DNA of 64,000 nucleotides, from the NCBI GenBank assembly GCA_965226375.1, contig CBDDCX010000008.1, positions 32,001 to 96,000 of the forward strand. The letters are read 5' to 3'. This DNA comes from Longimicrobiales bacterium. Its GTDB lineage: Bacteria; Gemmatimonadota; Gemmatimonadetes; Longimicrobiales; Gaopeijiaceae. The stretch's first letter is position 1, and every line of letters starts with the position of its first letter. The position numbers were made by a program, and so were the translations under genes. The notes under the pieces were generated by a model that saw nothing but the letters and a program-made list of their open reading frames with translations, ran no database searches and was not told where the DNA came from. Shown here one piece after another: positions 9,238 to 20,194 of this stretch.

Positions 9238-10790
9238 TGTCAACGACAATGGGACACTCTACGGGATTAATTAGAGAGCAATGTCCTGTGTGGTGAGGGA
9301 AGGGATGGGAGGATTGATGAAGACGGCCTCCGGGAGCGGTTTGGGCTTCGGCACACCTCTGACGAAGCGTTCGGGATGAGCGGCCCATGCTTCGCGGAGC
9401 ACGGATTTCCTGCCGGCAATGACCTGATCGGCGTTCCCGAAGTGGACCTGCTCGGGGGTTAGCATCGAGATGCCGCCATGGCGGTGCTCGGCATTGTACC
9501 AGCGGAAGAACGATCGACAGAACGTCTTGGCTTGGCCCTGATCCCCGAACCGTCCGGGAAACGAGGGATGGTACTTCAAGGTTTTGAACTGAGCCTCGGA
9601 AAACGGGTTGTCATCCGACACCTGAGGCCGGCTCAACGAGCGGGTCACGCCGAGGTCAGCGAGAAGTTGAGCGGTGCATTGGCTCGTCATTGGAGCTCCC
9701 CGATCCGAGTGCAGGGTCAGGACCCGGGGCTGGACGCCATGCTTCAGGCAGCTCTGCTGGATCAACCGGCCGGCCAGGGCCGAGTTCTCCCGGTCCGCCA
9801 CCATCCAGCCCACGACGTAGCGGCTGTAGATGTCCATGATGACGTAGAGGTAGTAATAGCTCCACTTCTTCGGCCCGAGCAGCCGCGTGATATCCCAGGA
9901 CCACACCTGGTTCGGCGCCGTGGCCATCAACTCGGGCTTCTTGTACTCGGGATGGGTGCGCTGCGCCCGGCGTTCCTGAACCGGCACCTCGGAGGCCAGA
10001 ACACGATACATCGTGCGTTCGCTGCACAGGTAGACCTCTTCGTCGAGCAGCGTGGCCACCACCTCGGCGGGTGAGCGGTCCACGAACCGCTCCGAACACA
10101 GCGTGTCGAAGACCTCGCCTCGTTCCGTCTCGCTCAATGCCCGGGCGGGCGTCGGGCGGGGCTGCTGTTGCCCGGTTGATGGGCCTCGACGACGGTACAA
10201 CGTCGATCGGGAGACCTCGAGGGCCGCGCACGCCGGTTTTACACCGACGTGCTTAGCCAGCTCATCGGCCGCCTTCAAGAGTTTGTCCCGTCGTCGAGGC
10301 TTATCCCCAGCAGCCCCGCAACTTTTCCCTGCACGTCGATGATCAGGTGTGCCTTCCTGAGCTCATTCCCGAGCCGTGCGTTTCGCCGCTCCAGCTTGCG
10401 TACCTTCTCATCCAGCGGATTTCGCTCCGGCTTGCGGCCGCGTTTCTTCGACAGGGCCTTCAGCGACCCGCTATGCGCCGCCTTGCGCCACGTCGTCAGG
10501 TGCGACGAGTACAGGCCCTCTCGCCGCAGGACTTGACCCACCTCGCCGGGCTCGGTGCACCGGTCCGCTTCTTCGACGATCCGCAGCTTGTACGACGGAC
10601 TGAACCGCCGCCGTAGCGGCCTATCTACTACCTCCGGGTCCGCAGGAGCTGCCGCGCTTCGCTTGGCCTCCCCGGTTCCAGGGGCACTACCATTCTCTGC
10701 CATTCTCTCTCGCAGTCCCAACATGTTCGTTTTCTCTGCCTTCGCCCTACTCTAATTCTTTGCGTGCTCCGTGTCTCACGTACGTTGGCA
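9238..10790 (-). mobile_element. IS3-family element (orfA 10275..10724, orfB 9271..10278)
   Basis: DDE motifs WSWDIT, LHSDRG, DNPFSEA. Imperfect IRs TGCCAACGTACGTGAGACAC and TGTCAACGACAATGGGACAC. No target duplication seen. Confidence 0.9.
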
Positions 10791-10945
10791 GAGAGGGCAC
10801 CGGCTCCACGTAGGAGCGCACGCCGAGACAAGCTTCGGTTGGTCAAAGAGATCACTCCGGTCCGGCCTAGAGGCAGGTGACCCGTGCGACCATCTCACGC
10901 CGATCTGGTTTGTGCAAGTCGCTGTCAGTACGATGCTCGGTACGC

Positions 10946-12359
10946 TGACAGGACATAGGTAACACTTCACTGACAGGACATGGGTGACAGTCTCGACCCG
11001 TAACGTGGTGCCGCCGAAAGGAGGCGCCCATGCCATGGTTGGAGACCGACCCCGTGACCGAACGCAAACGATTCATCATAGAGTGGCTGTCTGGCGAGTT
11101 CACCGTTGCTGAGCTCTGCCGACGCCACGAGATCAGCCGCAAGACCGGCTACAAGTGGATTGCCCGCTACGAGCGTGAGGGGCCCGAGGGCCTCGAGGAC
11201 CGCTCGAGGCGGGCGCACGACTGCCCATGGGCCACCGCTCCGGACCTGATCGAGGAGGCGGTTCGGATCCGCTACAGCCGTCGCCAGGTACTCGGTGCCC
11301 GAAAGTTCGCCCCCGACTCATCGCGCTCTATCCCGACCGGGACGTTCCTTGCGTACGCACGCTGCACCGTCACTTCATCCGTCGAGGACTGGTCAAGAAG
11401 CGACGACGCAGTCGTAAGCGGCCGCACCCGGGCAGGCCCACTGCACCGTTCGATGCCCCGAACTCCGTTTGGTCCGCCGACTTCAAGGGCCAGTTCAAGA
11501 CCCTTGATGGTGTCTACTGCTACCCGCTCACCGTACAGGACGGCTTCAGCCGCTACCTGCTTGGCTGTCAGGGTCTCGCTGGCACCACGTTCGTTGATAC
11601 CAAGCGAGTCTTCACCCGGCTCTTCCACGAATTTGGCATACCTACACGGATCCGGACCGATAACGGACCCCCGTTCGCTTCCATGGCTCTCGGCCGTCTG
11701 TCTCGGCTTTCCGTCTGGTAGATGAAGCTCGGGATCCTGCCCGACCTCATCGAACCGGCATCACCCCAGCAGAACGGCCGTCACGAGCGCATGCACCGAA
11801 CGCTCAAGGCCGAGACCACCATCCCGCCGGCCGGGAATAGGTCCGCTCAGCAGCGTCGCTTCAACGAGTTCTGCACCTACTTCAACGACCTACGATCTCA
11901 TGAGTCCCTCGACGACCAGACCCCAGCCTCCGTCTACGTGGCCTCGCCCAGACCCATGCCCTCCAAGCTCAGTTCGCCTGAGTACCCGGTGCACTTCGAG
12001 GTCCGAAAAGTGTCGAGCAACGGCGGGATCCGGTGGCACTCTGTCTGGATCAACGTCTCGCACCTGCTCGGTGGCGAGTGCATTGGTCTCGAGGAGATCG
12101 CTCCAGGTGTCTGGGCCGTCTTCTTTGGTCCCGTCTCGCTCGGCTGGCTCCACATAGATAAAGAAGCCATTCTCGACCACGATGGCTCCGCTTCGCGTAA
12201 CCCGCGTCGGTGAGCTCAACCCTTTACGTCCGCTGCTCCGCAGCAGACGCTTCTGACTCCATCGGTAGGAGGACCTTTAACTCACCTCTCTTTCATTTCC
12301 ACAGACTGTCACCCATGTCCTGTCACTGGGTGTTACCCATCCTGTGTCCTGTTCACTCA
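10946..12359 (+). mobile_element. IS481-family element with inactivated transposase (11030..12213)
   Basis: Motifs MPW...ISRKTGYKW, WSADFKG, RTDNG, QQNGRHERMH. Frameshift near 11305 and TAG at 11719. Reiterated terminal repeats GACAGGACATGGGTGACAGT at both ends. Confidence 0.85.
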
Positions 12360-12431
12360 TCAGTCTGGAGCCGTCGCCTTTTGTGCAACCGGGAGGAGAA
12401 CAGTGCATGAGTCGGTCGTCTCGCGGGCGGC

Positions 12432-12964
12432 ATGGTCGACAAAGGCGTCGGCCCATGTCGTGCGCCAGGTACTGGCCCAGGCCTTGCCATAGTGAAGCGC
12501 CTGCTGGCGCGGCCGGAGGTCGCGCTCTTCGTGCTCGTGCTCGTTCCGTATGCCTTCTTCTATCAGGGGGGAGGCTGGAACCAGAACTCACGCTTCGATC
12601 TGGTGCGCGCGATCGTGGAGCAGCGCACGTTCGAGATCGACAGCTTCACGTGTGCAAACCCGCACGCCGCGGACGTTCCCGGTCATCTGAATACCGGTGA
12701 CGTGAGTTGCCGCGGGCCCAACGGGCGATGCCAGGCGGCCACCGAGCCAGGTGAACGGACCTATTGCGACAAGGCTCCAGGCGTGTCCTTCCTGGCGGTG
12801 CCGGCGTACGTGGTCGCGTACCTGGTGGCGGGTAGGGGACCGGAGCCGCCAGGCCCCGGCTATCTGGCCGGGTCGTCACACCTGGTGACGATCTGGGCGG
12901 CGGGTGTGCCGGCGGCGGTTGCGGTGGCGATGGTCTTCCTCTTGCTCGGCACCCTCGGGGTGGG
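12432..12964 (+). pseudogene. N-terminal part of a polytopic membrane protein (glycosyltransferase-like), truncated
   Basis: Motifs FFYQGGGWNQNSRFDLVRAIVE and YCDKAPGVSFLAVPAY with TM segments. The frame degenerates at ~12965. Confidence 0.55.
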
Positions 12965-13084
12965 CACGCCACCACCCGCAGCCTGGGTGGCGCGTTCCGC
13001 AGCCAACAGGATCGACCGATCGGTGGGCTCGTTCTCAGGCGGGTCAAACGAACTTGGACCGTAGAGGCGTTCACCCCGTTCTAG
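12965..13084 (+). pseudogene. C-terminal fragment resembling phage/satellite primase-like proteins
   Basis: Manual translation HATTRSLGGAFRSQQDRPIGGLVLRRVKRTWTVEAFTPF*. Resemblance is recalled, not searched. Confidence 0.4.
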
Positions 13085-13108
13085 CCGGCCGTTCAGCCAA
13101 AGATCAAG

Positions 13109-13219
13109 TCTGCACATGAGACATATTCAACATGTCCCCTCCGTCGGCTCAAAAAAAAACACGGGGGAGAGATTTCTGAGTGGGCTGGGGAGACATGTTG
13201 AATATGTCTCATGTGCAGA
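13109..13219. repeat. Perfect 28-bp inverted repeat around a 55-bp spacer containing an A9 run
   Basis: TCTGCACATGAGACATATTCAACATGTC at 13109..13136 and its reverse complement at 13192..13219. Confidence 0.9.
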
Positions 13220-13276
13220 GGAGGTGTGAGTGGGACACGCAAGCGAGGAAGTGAGAATCTTCTAGAGGGAGGGATC

Positions 13277-13516
13277 ATGGAAGTCAAAGCGTGGATCCAA
13301 ATGGGTTGTGAGAGGCGCGAGGTCACCTTCGACGTATCCGAGGCCGAGATCGAAACGGTCGGCGACGATCTGGAGGGGTTCATCGAAGATCAAGTTTTGG
13401 ACTGGATGCAATGCAGGTTCGGGTGGGGGTGGTCCTGCGATCTGATCGAGAACGATTTCGGCCACATGGAGGATGGGGAGTCCCCCCCGGCCTCGTGGCG
13501 ACGAATGAAGTCCTGA
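13277..13516 (+). CDS. Small acidic phage-like hypothetical protein
   Basis: Strong RBS GAGGGAGG; sequence MEVKAWIQMGCERREVTFDV...WGWS. Confidence 0.6.
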   Translation: MEVKAWIQMGCERREVTFDVSEAEIETVGDDLEGFIEDQVLDWMQCRFGWGWSCDLIENDFGHMEDGESPPASWRRMKS

Positions 13517-14045
13517 ATCCCCGGACCGAGCGGGTGCTGGTACAACCTCGAGCTGGCTGAGGGCGACCGACAGGCCGTCGGAGAAAAGTGTTGCACCTGA
13601 AGTTGCCAGTGACCGACGAGAACAATGATGAGGAGCCGCCGTTCTGATGAGCTCCTATTTTGATGTCCCCTCAAACCCCCTCCGGGACGGACACGCGAGC
13701 GAGGAAGCGGACCCCTGTGACTTCGGCGACCGTCCGACGCGCCAGTTGCCCCGCTCGCTGACGGTGTGTCCGGCGAGGCCACGGCGTAGTGGTGGCGGAC
13801 CCTGTTTTGGCACAGTTCTTGGCGCAGTCCTTGCAAACGCCGCGCAGCTATGCGGTGGCGCTCCTGCCTTGCGAGCAGCGGAGAGCGTCCGATGACGCTT
13901 CACGAACGTCTTTGAACAATCGCGACTGGCGCATCACTCGCTCTGCGCTTTGGGAATACTTCGACGGCCAGGCAGACGAGGCGACTGAGCCCCCATCTGA
14001 GACGTGGGAGGTCAACATCACCGCGTGGCGGGAGATCCGGAAGGC

Positions 14046-15566
14046 ATGACGCACCGAGGCCGCTTTCATCGTGGCGACCCTCGCGCGCGCGAGGCGGGAA
14101 GAAGGGGCGGGCTGGTGCGTGCGGCGCAGACACGTCGGGAGCAGGGTCCCTACGCCGGATCAGTTCTCCAAGCCATGGATTCGGCGGGTCTTACAGGTGA
14201 GTCATGGAGCGCCTGGCGGGCGTTTCTCAAGGCCGTGTTCGCGTTGCCCATGAGCGCAACGGAGCTACGGTGCTACCGCCAGCATACTGAGCGCGACTTA
14301 CCACCTGCCGAGCCGGTCCGAGAAGCGTGGATGCCGGTCGGTCGCCGGGGGGGCAAGAGCCGCATTGCTGCGCTCGTGGCCCTTTTCCTGGCTATCCGGT
14401 TCGACCCATCGCGGTTGGCACCGGGCGAAACAGCCATGGTTCCACTGCTTGCCGCCGACCGTCGCCAGGCGCGCGCTGTGCTCGGCTACCTAAAGGGCTT
14501 TGGAGAGATGCCTGACTTCGCGCCCTGGATCTATCGGACCTTGAAGGAGTCGGTCGAGCTTCATTCGGGGGTCGTCATCGAAGTCCACACCGCTTCCTAC
14601 CGCACGATCCGCGGCTACACGTGTTTGGGGGTCGTGTGCGACGAAATCGCATTCTGGCGAACAGACGATGGTGCGGCTAACCCCGACACCGAGGTTCTTC
14701 AGGCACTCCGTCCTGGGATGGCCACGGTGCCAGATGCACTGCTCCTCGGCATCAGTTCGCCGTACGCCGCCCGAGGCGAGTTGTACAACGCCGTTGAGCG
14801 GAGCTTCGGTCGAGACGATGCGCGAGTGCTCGTATGGAATGCCGACACGCGGTCGATGAACTCCAACGTCCCGCCTCACGTGATCGAGCAAGCCTTCGAG
14901 GACGACCCGGTCGCGGCGGCCTCGGAGTACGGACAGGACGGGCGCGTGGTGTTCCGCAGGGATGTCGAAGCGTTCCTCGACGTGCTCGCGATCCGTGCCG
15001 TGACTGTCGAAGGAAGGCGGGAGTTGCCGCCTCAGCACGACGTGCGGTACATCGCCTTCACGGATCCCTCCGGTGGGTCGCAGGACAGCTTCACGCTGGC
15101 CATCGCGCATGCGGAGGGTGACCTCGCTGTACTCGATGCTGTCCGCGAGGTGCGACCACCGTTTTCCCCCGACGATGTCGTGAAGGATTTCGCCGAGCTA
15201 CTACGGACATACCGAGTAACCGGAGTCACGGGCGACCGTTACGCGGGGGAGTGGCCGCGTGAGCGTTTCCAGCGCCACGGGGTCACGTACACGCCAAGCT
15301 CGCGCACCAAATCAGACATCTACCGCGAGCTTGTGGCCCCAATAAACGGCGGACGCGTCGCGCTGCTCGATCTTCCGGTGCTGCATGCTCAACTCCAGGG
15401 GCTTGAGCGGCGCGTCGCACGTGGCGGCAAAGACTCAATAGATCACGGTCCCGGTGGTCGGGATGATGTGGCTAACGCCGCTGCAGGCGCGCTTGCGCTG
15501 GTGTCGGTCGGACATGGCCGCGTCAGGATGCTATGGGGGAGACACCATCGCCAGAGGTCAGCATGA
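14046..15566 (+). CDS. Phage terminase large subunit-like protein
   Basis: Walker A GRRGGKS, Walker B VVCDE, coupling motif ISSP, RNase-H-like nuclease motifs FTDPSGG and DDVANA. ATGA overlap with the upstream frame. Confidence 0.8.
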   Translation: MTHRGRFHRGDPRAREAGRRGGLVRAAQTRREQGPYAGSVLQAMDSAGLTGESWSAWRAFLKAVFALPMSATELRCYRQHTERDLPPAEPVREAWMPVGRRGGKSRIAALVALFLAIRFDPSRLAPGETAMVPLLAADRRQARAVLGYLKGFGEMPDFAPWIYRTLKESVELHSGVVIEVHTASYRTIRGYTCLGVVCDEIAFWRTDDGAANPDTEVLQALRPGMATVPDALLLGISSPYAARGELYNAVERSFGRDDARVLVWNADTRSMNSNVPPHVIEQAFEDDPVAAASEYGQDGRVVFRRDVEAFLDVLAIRAVTVEGRRELPPQHDVRYIAFTDPSGGSQDSFTLAIAHAEGDLAVLDAVREVRPPFSPDDVVKDFAELLRTYRVTGVTGDRYAGEWPRERFQRHGVTYTPSSRTKSDIYRELVAPINGGRVALLDLPVLHAQLQGLERRVARGGKDSIDHGPGGRDDVANAAAGALALVSVGHGRVRMLWGRHHRQRSA

Positions 15567-15623
15567 TCGTGCAGTCCAGTAAGGGTTTAGACGATTCCTT
15601 TCCGTGATTCGGCTAGCCGGGGT

Positions 15624-15670
15624 CTGAATGGGGTTCAGGGGGTCGCCGGTTCGAATCCGGCCGTCCCGAC
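15624..15670 (+). tRNA. 3' half of tRNA-Pro(GGG); probable att-site fragment
   Basis: CTGAATGGGGTTCAGGGGGTCGCCGGTTCGAATCCGGCCGTCCCGAC. The 5' half is absent. Confidence 0.8.
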
Positions 15671-15848
15671 TTGTTGCAGCACAACGACTTACGGAATTGC
15701 ACACCTGCTCGCTGGGTGTGCAATTTTGTAAATAGGTACCACATAGGTACCATCGCCGACGTGCATAGGGGATGGATTCCTGTGTCTAGCGCAGGTCGTC
15801 CAGTCAGCGGCGACTAGGTCACGGTCCCGCCGTTTTCGATCCACTCGC

Positions 15849-17089
15849 TGACGTGCCCCCAGTTGTGGTACCACTCCCTATGTTAGACCTGCCGCGATCG
15901 GTGGTCCCTGGAGCTGGGGCATCCGGAGGAACCAAGACGATGGTTTGACCGCCTCCGGGGCGGGGGGGTAGACCGCCCCAGGCGCTGTGTGGTCGGACCG
16001 TATTGTACAGGCGCCTCCACTGCTCGATGAGGACAACGGCCTCAGGCAGCGTGTAGAAGATCTCGCCGTTCAGGAACTCGTTCCTCAGCTTGCCGTTGAA
16101 GCTCTCGTTGTAGCCGTTCTCCCACGGACTGCCCGGTTCGATGAAGAGCGTCTGCACACCGAGTCTGGCCAACCATCGCCGCACGAGCTTCGCCGTGAAC
16201 TCCGGGCCGTTGTCTGAGCGCAGATGCTCGGGCGGGCCGTGGCGCACGAACAGGTCGGTGAGCACTTCGATCACATCATGGGCTCGAGTCCTTCGAGCGA
16301 CCTTGATCGCCAGACACTGTCTCGTGTGTTCGTCGAGCACGGTGAGAAGCTTCAGCGCACGACCGTCGTGGGTCCGTGTGCTCACGAAGTCATACGACCA
16401 GACATGATTCTTGTGCAGCGGCCTGAGTCGTATGCAGGACCCGTCGTTGAGCCACAGCCGACCTCGTTTCGGCTGCCTACGGGGCACTTTGAGCCCCTCC
16501 TGCCTCCAGATCCGCTCCACGCGCTTGTGGTTCACCTGCCAGCCTTCGATGCGCAGCATGTTCGTGATCTGGCGATACCCGTAGCGACCGAACCGGCTCG
16601 CCAACCGCACGACGTCCGTACGTAGCGCCGCTTCATCGGCCCGTCCCTTCCGCACCCGGCGCTGGGTCGTGCGTGGTTGCCCGAGCACCCGGCACGCTCT
16701 CCTCTCCGACGCCCCGAGCTGCTGACGTACACGCACCACACAACGTCGTCGGCGCTCGGGGCTCAGAAGTTTCCCTTGGCCGCTTCCTCCAGGATCAGCT
16801 TGTCCAGTGTCAAGTCCGCCACTGCTCGCTTCAGGCGCCGTGCCTGGCTCACCTTCATCCCGCCGTACTCCCGCCTCCACCGGTAGTACGTCTGCTCGGT
16901 GATGCCGAGCTCCCGGCTCATCAGCTTCACGGATTTGCCGCGGGCCAGACCCACCTCTGCCTCCCGCAGTGCAGTGATGATCTGCTCCGGAGTGTGTCGC
17001 TTCCTTCCCATCCCGACCTCCTCGCTGAAAAGCTTCAGACCAGGTCGATCCTAACATTGCACCTGGTCTCGTTTCAGGGGGTCAGATCA
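15849..17089 (-). mobile_element. IS3-family (IS407-like) element, orfA 16763..17011 and orfB ~15880..16766
   Basis: Motifs WSYDF, RSDNGPEF, PWENGYNESFN. IRs TGACGTGCCCCC and TGATCTGACCCCC. orfA appears to have lost part of its leucine-zipper region. Confidence 0.9.
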
Positions 17090-17297
17090 CCGGAGCTCAA
17101 CGTGATAATGTTCTTGACAACGTAGCGCGGGCTCGATTACAGTCGTCGCTAGAGTACGTCCTGACTTCGTACAGAACGCGCATCGCGTGGGAAGGGAAGC
17201 GAGGGGTCGGTGGCCCAAGACCAAGCGATTTGGCGAGCGGCCTGATTATTAGAAGCGTCCGGAAGCGGTCCGGCGTGGCCTCGAGGGAGGAAATGCG

Positions 17298-17561
17298 GTG
17301 GCCGAGAATACAGAAAAGAATGAGAGAATTTTGACGAACGGCAATGTCAAGGATCTGCTAGACGTGATGATCAACTTATCGCGCGCTGCCAGAGATCTGG
17401 CTCTTGAGGGTTCGTTAGAGACAGGTCGATGTCTCGATGCCTTGGACTATTCGCTGCGGAGTATGAAGGAAGCCACTCGCTACGGCAATGCCATCTCCTG
17501 GGATGATGAGATCAGCCTGATCTCAGAACGGGTTCGTGCCGTGCGAGAATCTGCCATCTGA
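17298..17561 (+). CDS. Hypothetical protein
   Basis: RBS GAGGAA before the GTG; lower GC; helical 87-aa ORF. Confidence 0.5.
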   Translation: MAENTEKNERILTNGNVKDLLDVMINLSRAARDLALEGSLETGRCLDALDYSLRSMKEATRYGNAISWDDEISLISERVRAVRESAI

Positions 17562-17990
17562 TCGCTCAATATGCTGATGCCCTGCAATTGACGTAACGGC
17601 CACGGGAGCGGGGCTGGAAGACTGGGTTTTGTCCACGCTGGATGTGGCCCGCCGCATGGACGCGGACTTTCCCATCGCCGCATAGCTGGGTGCGATTTAG
17701 GAGGTCGGCAAGATGTCCATTTCGACGCTGTGGAAGGGGATTACATGGTCTGAAGGGATGCGCGGAGAACTCCTGACCTAGAGTCTCATTGGAGGGAGCT
17801 CCCTCACCATACCTCCGAAGTCCCAGATGTTGATCGAACCGACTCTATCGAGGACGACGCCTCTTTCCTGCTCTCCCCAGACGCGAACCATCGTGGGTAA
17901 CTGGTCTCGTGCAGGCACAGCGCTCCAGGCGGCCAGGCGGATGAACGCTCAATGGGAGGTCATCCGGAGATTGCCAAGCATTTGAGCATA

Positions 17991-18129
17991 GGCTCTCGTT
18001 GACCGCTGACTTTGCAAGAGGGCGCGTGTCCGATCGCCCCGAATCTCGAGGAGGACCGCATCCCACGACCGACCTCATCCGGCTGTTTCTGTGCCTCACG
18101 CCTTGGCGAAGACCATCTGCACGTTAGCC
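17991..18129 (-). other. Degenerate attC site
   Basis: R'' GGCTAAC overlaps the stop codon of 18124..18843. Imperfect inverted arms; R' has decayed to GAGAGCC. Confidence 0.45.
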
Positions 18130-18843
18130 TTTCGGAACGCCGAGTAGTCGATGGACGTTGTTCTTCCATTCCTCCGGGACACGCTGGGAACAGCAGTACT
18201 CACGCAGCGTTATCTCCAACTCGTTCGGGCTTGGCGAGCTCAACGAAGCACGTTTCTGTAACGTCGAGAGGAGGTCTGACTCCGTGTGTACCCAGTCGAT
18301 TGAAGACAATGAGCTCGTGATCTTGGTCACCGTTACTGACGGTCCCAGACGCTCAGTGTGCGATGTTTCGATGTTAAGAAGAGGACCGCTCGGAGCTGCC
18401 TTATCAGTTCTTACCGCCCGAATCAAAGCTGAGCCCATGACAGGGGTGATCGTCATGAGACCTGCCTCAAGGCAGATCGTATGATCATCTTCAAGGAAGC
18501 CCAAGACTTCCTTCGGGTAGCATCCTGAAATGTCGGACATCTCTCCCTCTCCGATCGCGCCCCTCACGAATCGGCCGCTCGCTGCGACATGTCGCATTAT
18601 CGCGACTGCGATCGTTACGCATCGTTCTAACGACTTCTCGTGGTGGTCGCTCACCACGATGAAACCGTCTCCAAACTGATGTGCGAAGAGGCGTTCAGGG
18701 ACATCTGGATAGCAACGTCGTCCAATACGGAGGATTGCCCGCATGAGCTCCCCGAGTGACCAGATGACTCGGTCCTCAGACTCCCACAGCGCACCGAAAC
18801 CTTCAATATCTAGGTAGATAGACCATCGATCTGACACAGCCAA
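18124..18843 (-). CDS. Cassette-borne nucleotidyl-cyclase-like hypothetical protein
   Basis: Motifs IYLDIEGF, QFGDGF, RGAIGEG, GSALIRA resemble class III cyclase motifs. A core site GTTAGAG at 18905 precedes the RBS. Confidence 0.55.
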   Translation of the reverse strand: MAVSDRWSIYLDIEGFGALWESEDRVIWSLGELMRAILRIGRRCYPDVPERLFAHQFGDGFIVVSDHHEKSLERCVTIAVAIMRHVAASGRFVRGAIGEGEMSDISGCYPKEVLGFLEDDHTICLEAGLMTITPVMGSALIRAVRTDKAAPSGPLLNIETSHTERLGPSVTVTKITSSLSSIDWVHTESDLLSTLQKRASLSSPSPNELEITLREYCCSQRVPEEWKNNVHRLLGVPKG

Positions 18844-18928
18844 TCCTCCCGCGATCCTGGGATTCGTAAGTCGCTACCCGGTGCCAATCCGTGCCATACT
18901 CTAACTGAGAAGTGATGTGACGTTCGCG

Positions 18929-20190
18929 GAGGGTGTCCTAAGTTTAGTTGGAATTTGAAGTGACCTCCGACCTCGGGTAAGGTGGGTGTGAGGAACACAA
19001 CACCGAACCATGAGAGGAAGGAGGCCACCAATGGAGAGAGTGCCACAGCTTGTACGTCGAGGCAAGAAGGACCGAAGGATGGGTGCGCCGAGTGAACTGG
19101 ACTGGGAAGCGATCGAGGCGCTGAGGACCGAGATGCGGGTGGAATTGATCCAGGAATTGATACCGCTTGGGCTGGCGGAGGTGGGGCGGGTGCTGGACGA
19201 AGAGGTCGAGCGGTTGGCGGGTCCGAGGCACGCCCGCAAGGGAGAAGGAGAAGTGATCTACCGGCATGGGAGCAACCCGGGCTCGCCGAAGCGGCGGAGA
19301 CCGCAAGGCATGAGGAGCGAGGCCATGGGCGAACCTACCGGATAGAGGACCGTTCCACGTGGCAATGGCAAGCCCGTGGTGGCCTTGAACGGCTTCGGTC
19401 TACGCGTCCCTCGGATGCGATCTGAGACAACGGCAAGGATTCCCGCCAATCGACTCCGGCTTTCCGGCTATTGTGACACGATGGAGTCAGATATCGTCCG
19501 ACGGCAAGTGCGGCAGATCGTGCAGTCCTAGTTGAACTTAGACGATTTCTTGCCTTGCATCACGTCATCTGTACTCTGCCGAGGCGGTTGGCGATGAGCT
19601 CGGGCACGATCACACTCCGACGCCCTCGGGTTCGGGGCATTGAGGAGCGGTTCGAGAGTCGGGTGCTGCCGTTGTTCGCGAGGCGGACGAAGGAGCTGGG
19701 CGCTCTGCTTCCGGAGCTGTATCTGCATGGACTGGCAGAGGGCGACTTCGAGCTGGCGATGCGGGGACTGCTAGGCGAGGGGGCACCGCTGTCGAAGTCT
19801 TCGATTCGGAGACTGCGGGCGGGATGGACGGCGGAGTTCGAGGAATGGAGCCAGCGTCGCCTGGAGGGCCGTGAGGTGGTCTACGTATGGGCGGACGGGA
19901 TCTACGTGAAGGCAGGGCTCGAGCGGGACAAGGCGGCGCTGCTGGTGGTGCTGGGCGCGATGCGAGACGGGACGAAGGAGGTGTTGGCCCTGAGATCGGG
20001 CTACCGAGAGTCGGTCGAGTCCTGCTCCGAGGTGTTGCGGGATCTGAAGGCACGCGGCATCGAGGCGCCCCGGCTTCTGATGGCGGACGGTAACGCGGCG
20101 ATCTGGGGCGCAGTACGGCAGGTATGGCCTGAGGCGGGCGAGCAACGGTGCTGGAACCACAAGATGAGGAACATGCTGGACCGGCCGCCA
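18929..20190 (+). mobile_element. IS256-family element, decayed (insertion at ~19285..19575, 3' truncated)
   Basis: End sequence GAGGGTGTCCTAAG; motifs YRHG, LYLHGL, YVWADGIY, MADG, QRCWNHK. Confidence 0.8.
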
Positions 20191-20194
20191 ACGT

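Noticed and set aside
17095..17145. attI site or sigma70 promoter (TTGACA-N18-TACAGT)
   Set aside because: Plausible, but supported only by short motifs.
17570..17702. Additional degenerate attC
   Set aside because: Only weak arm complementarity and no clean GTT/AAC pair at both ends.
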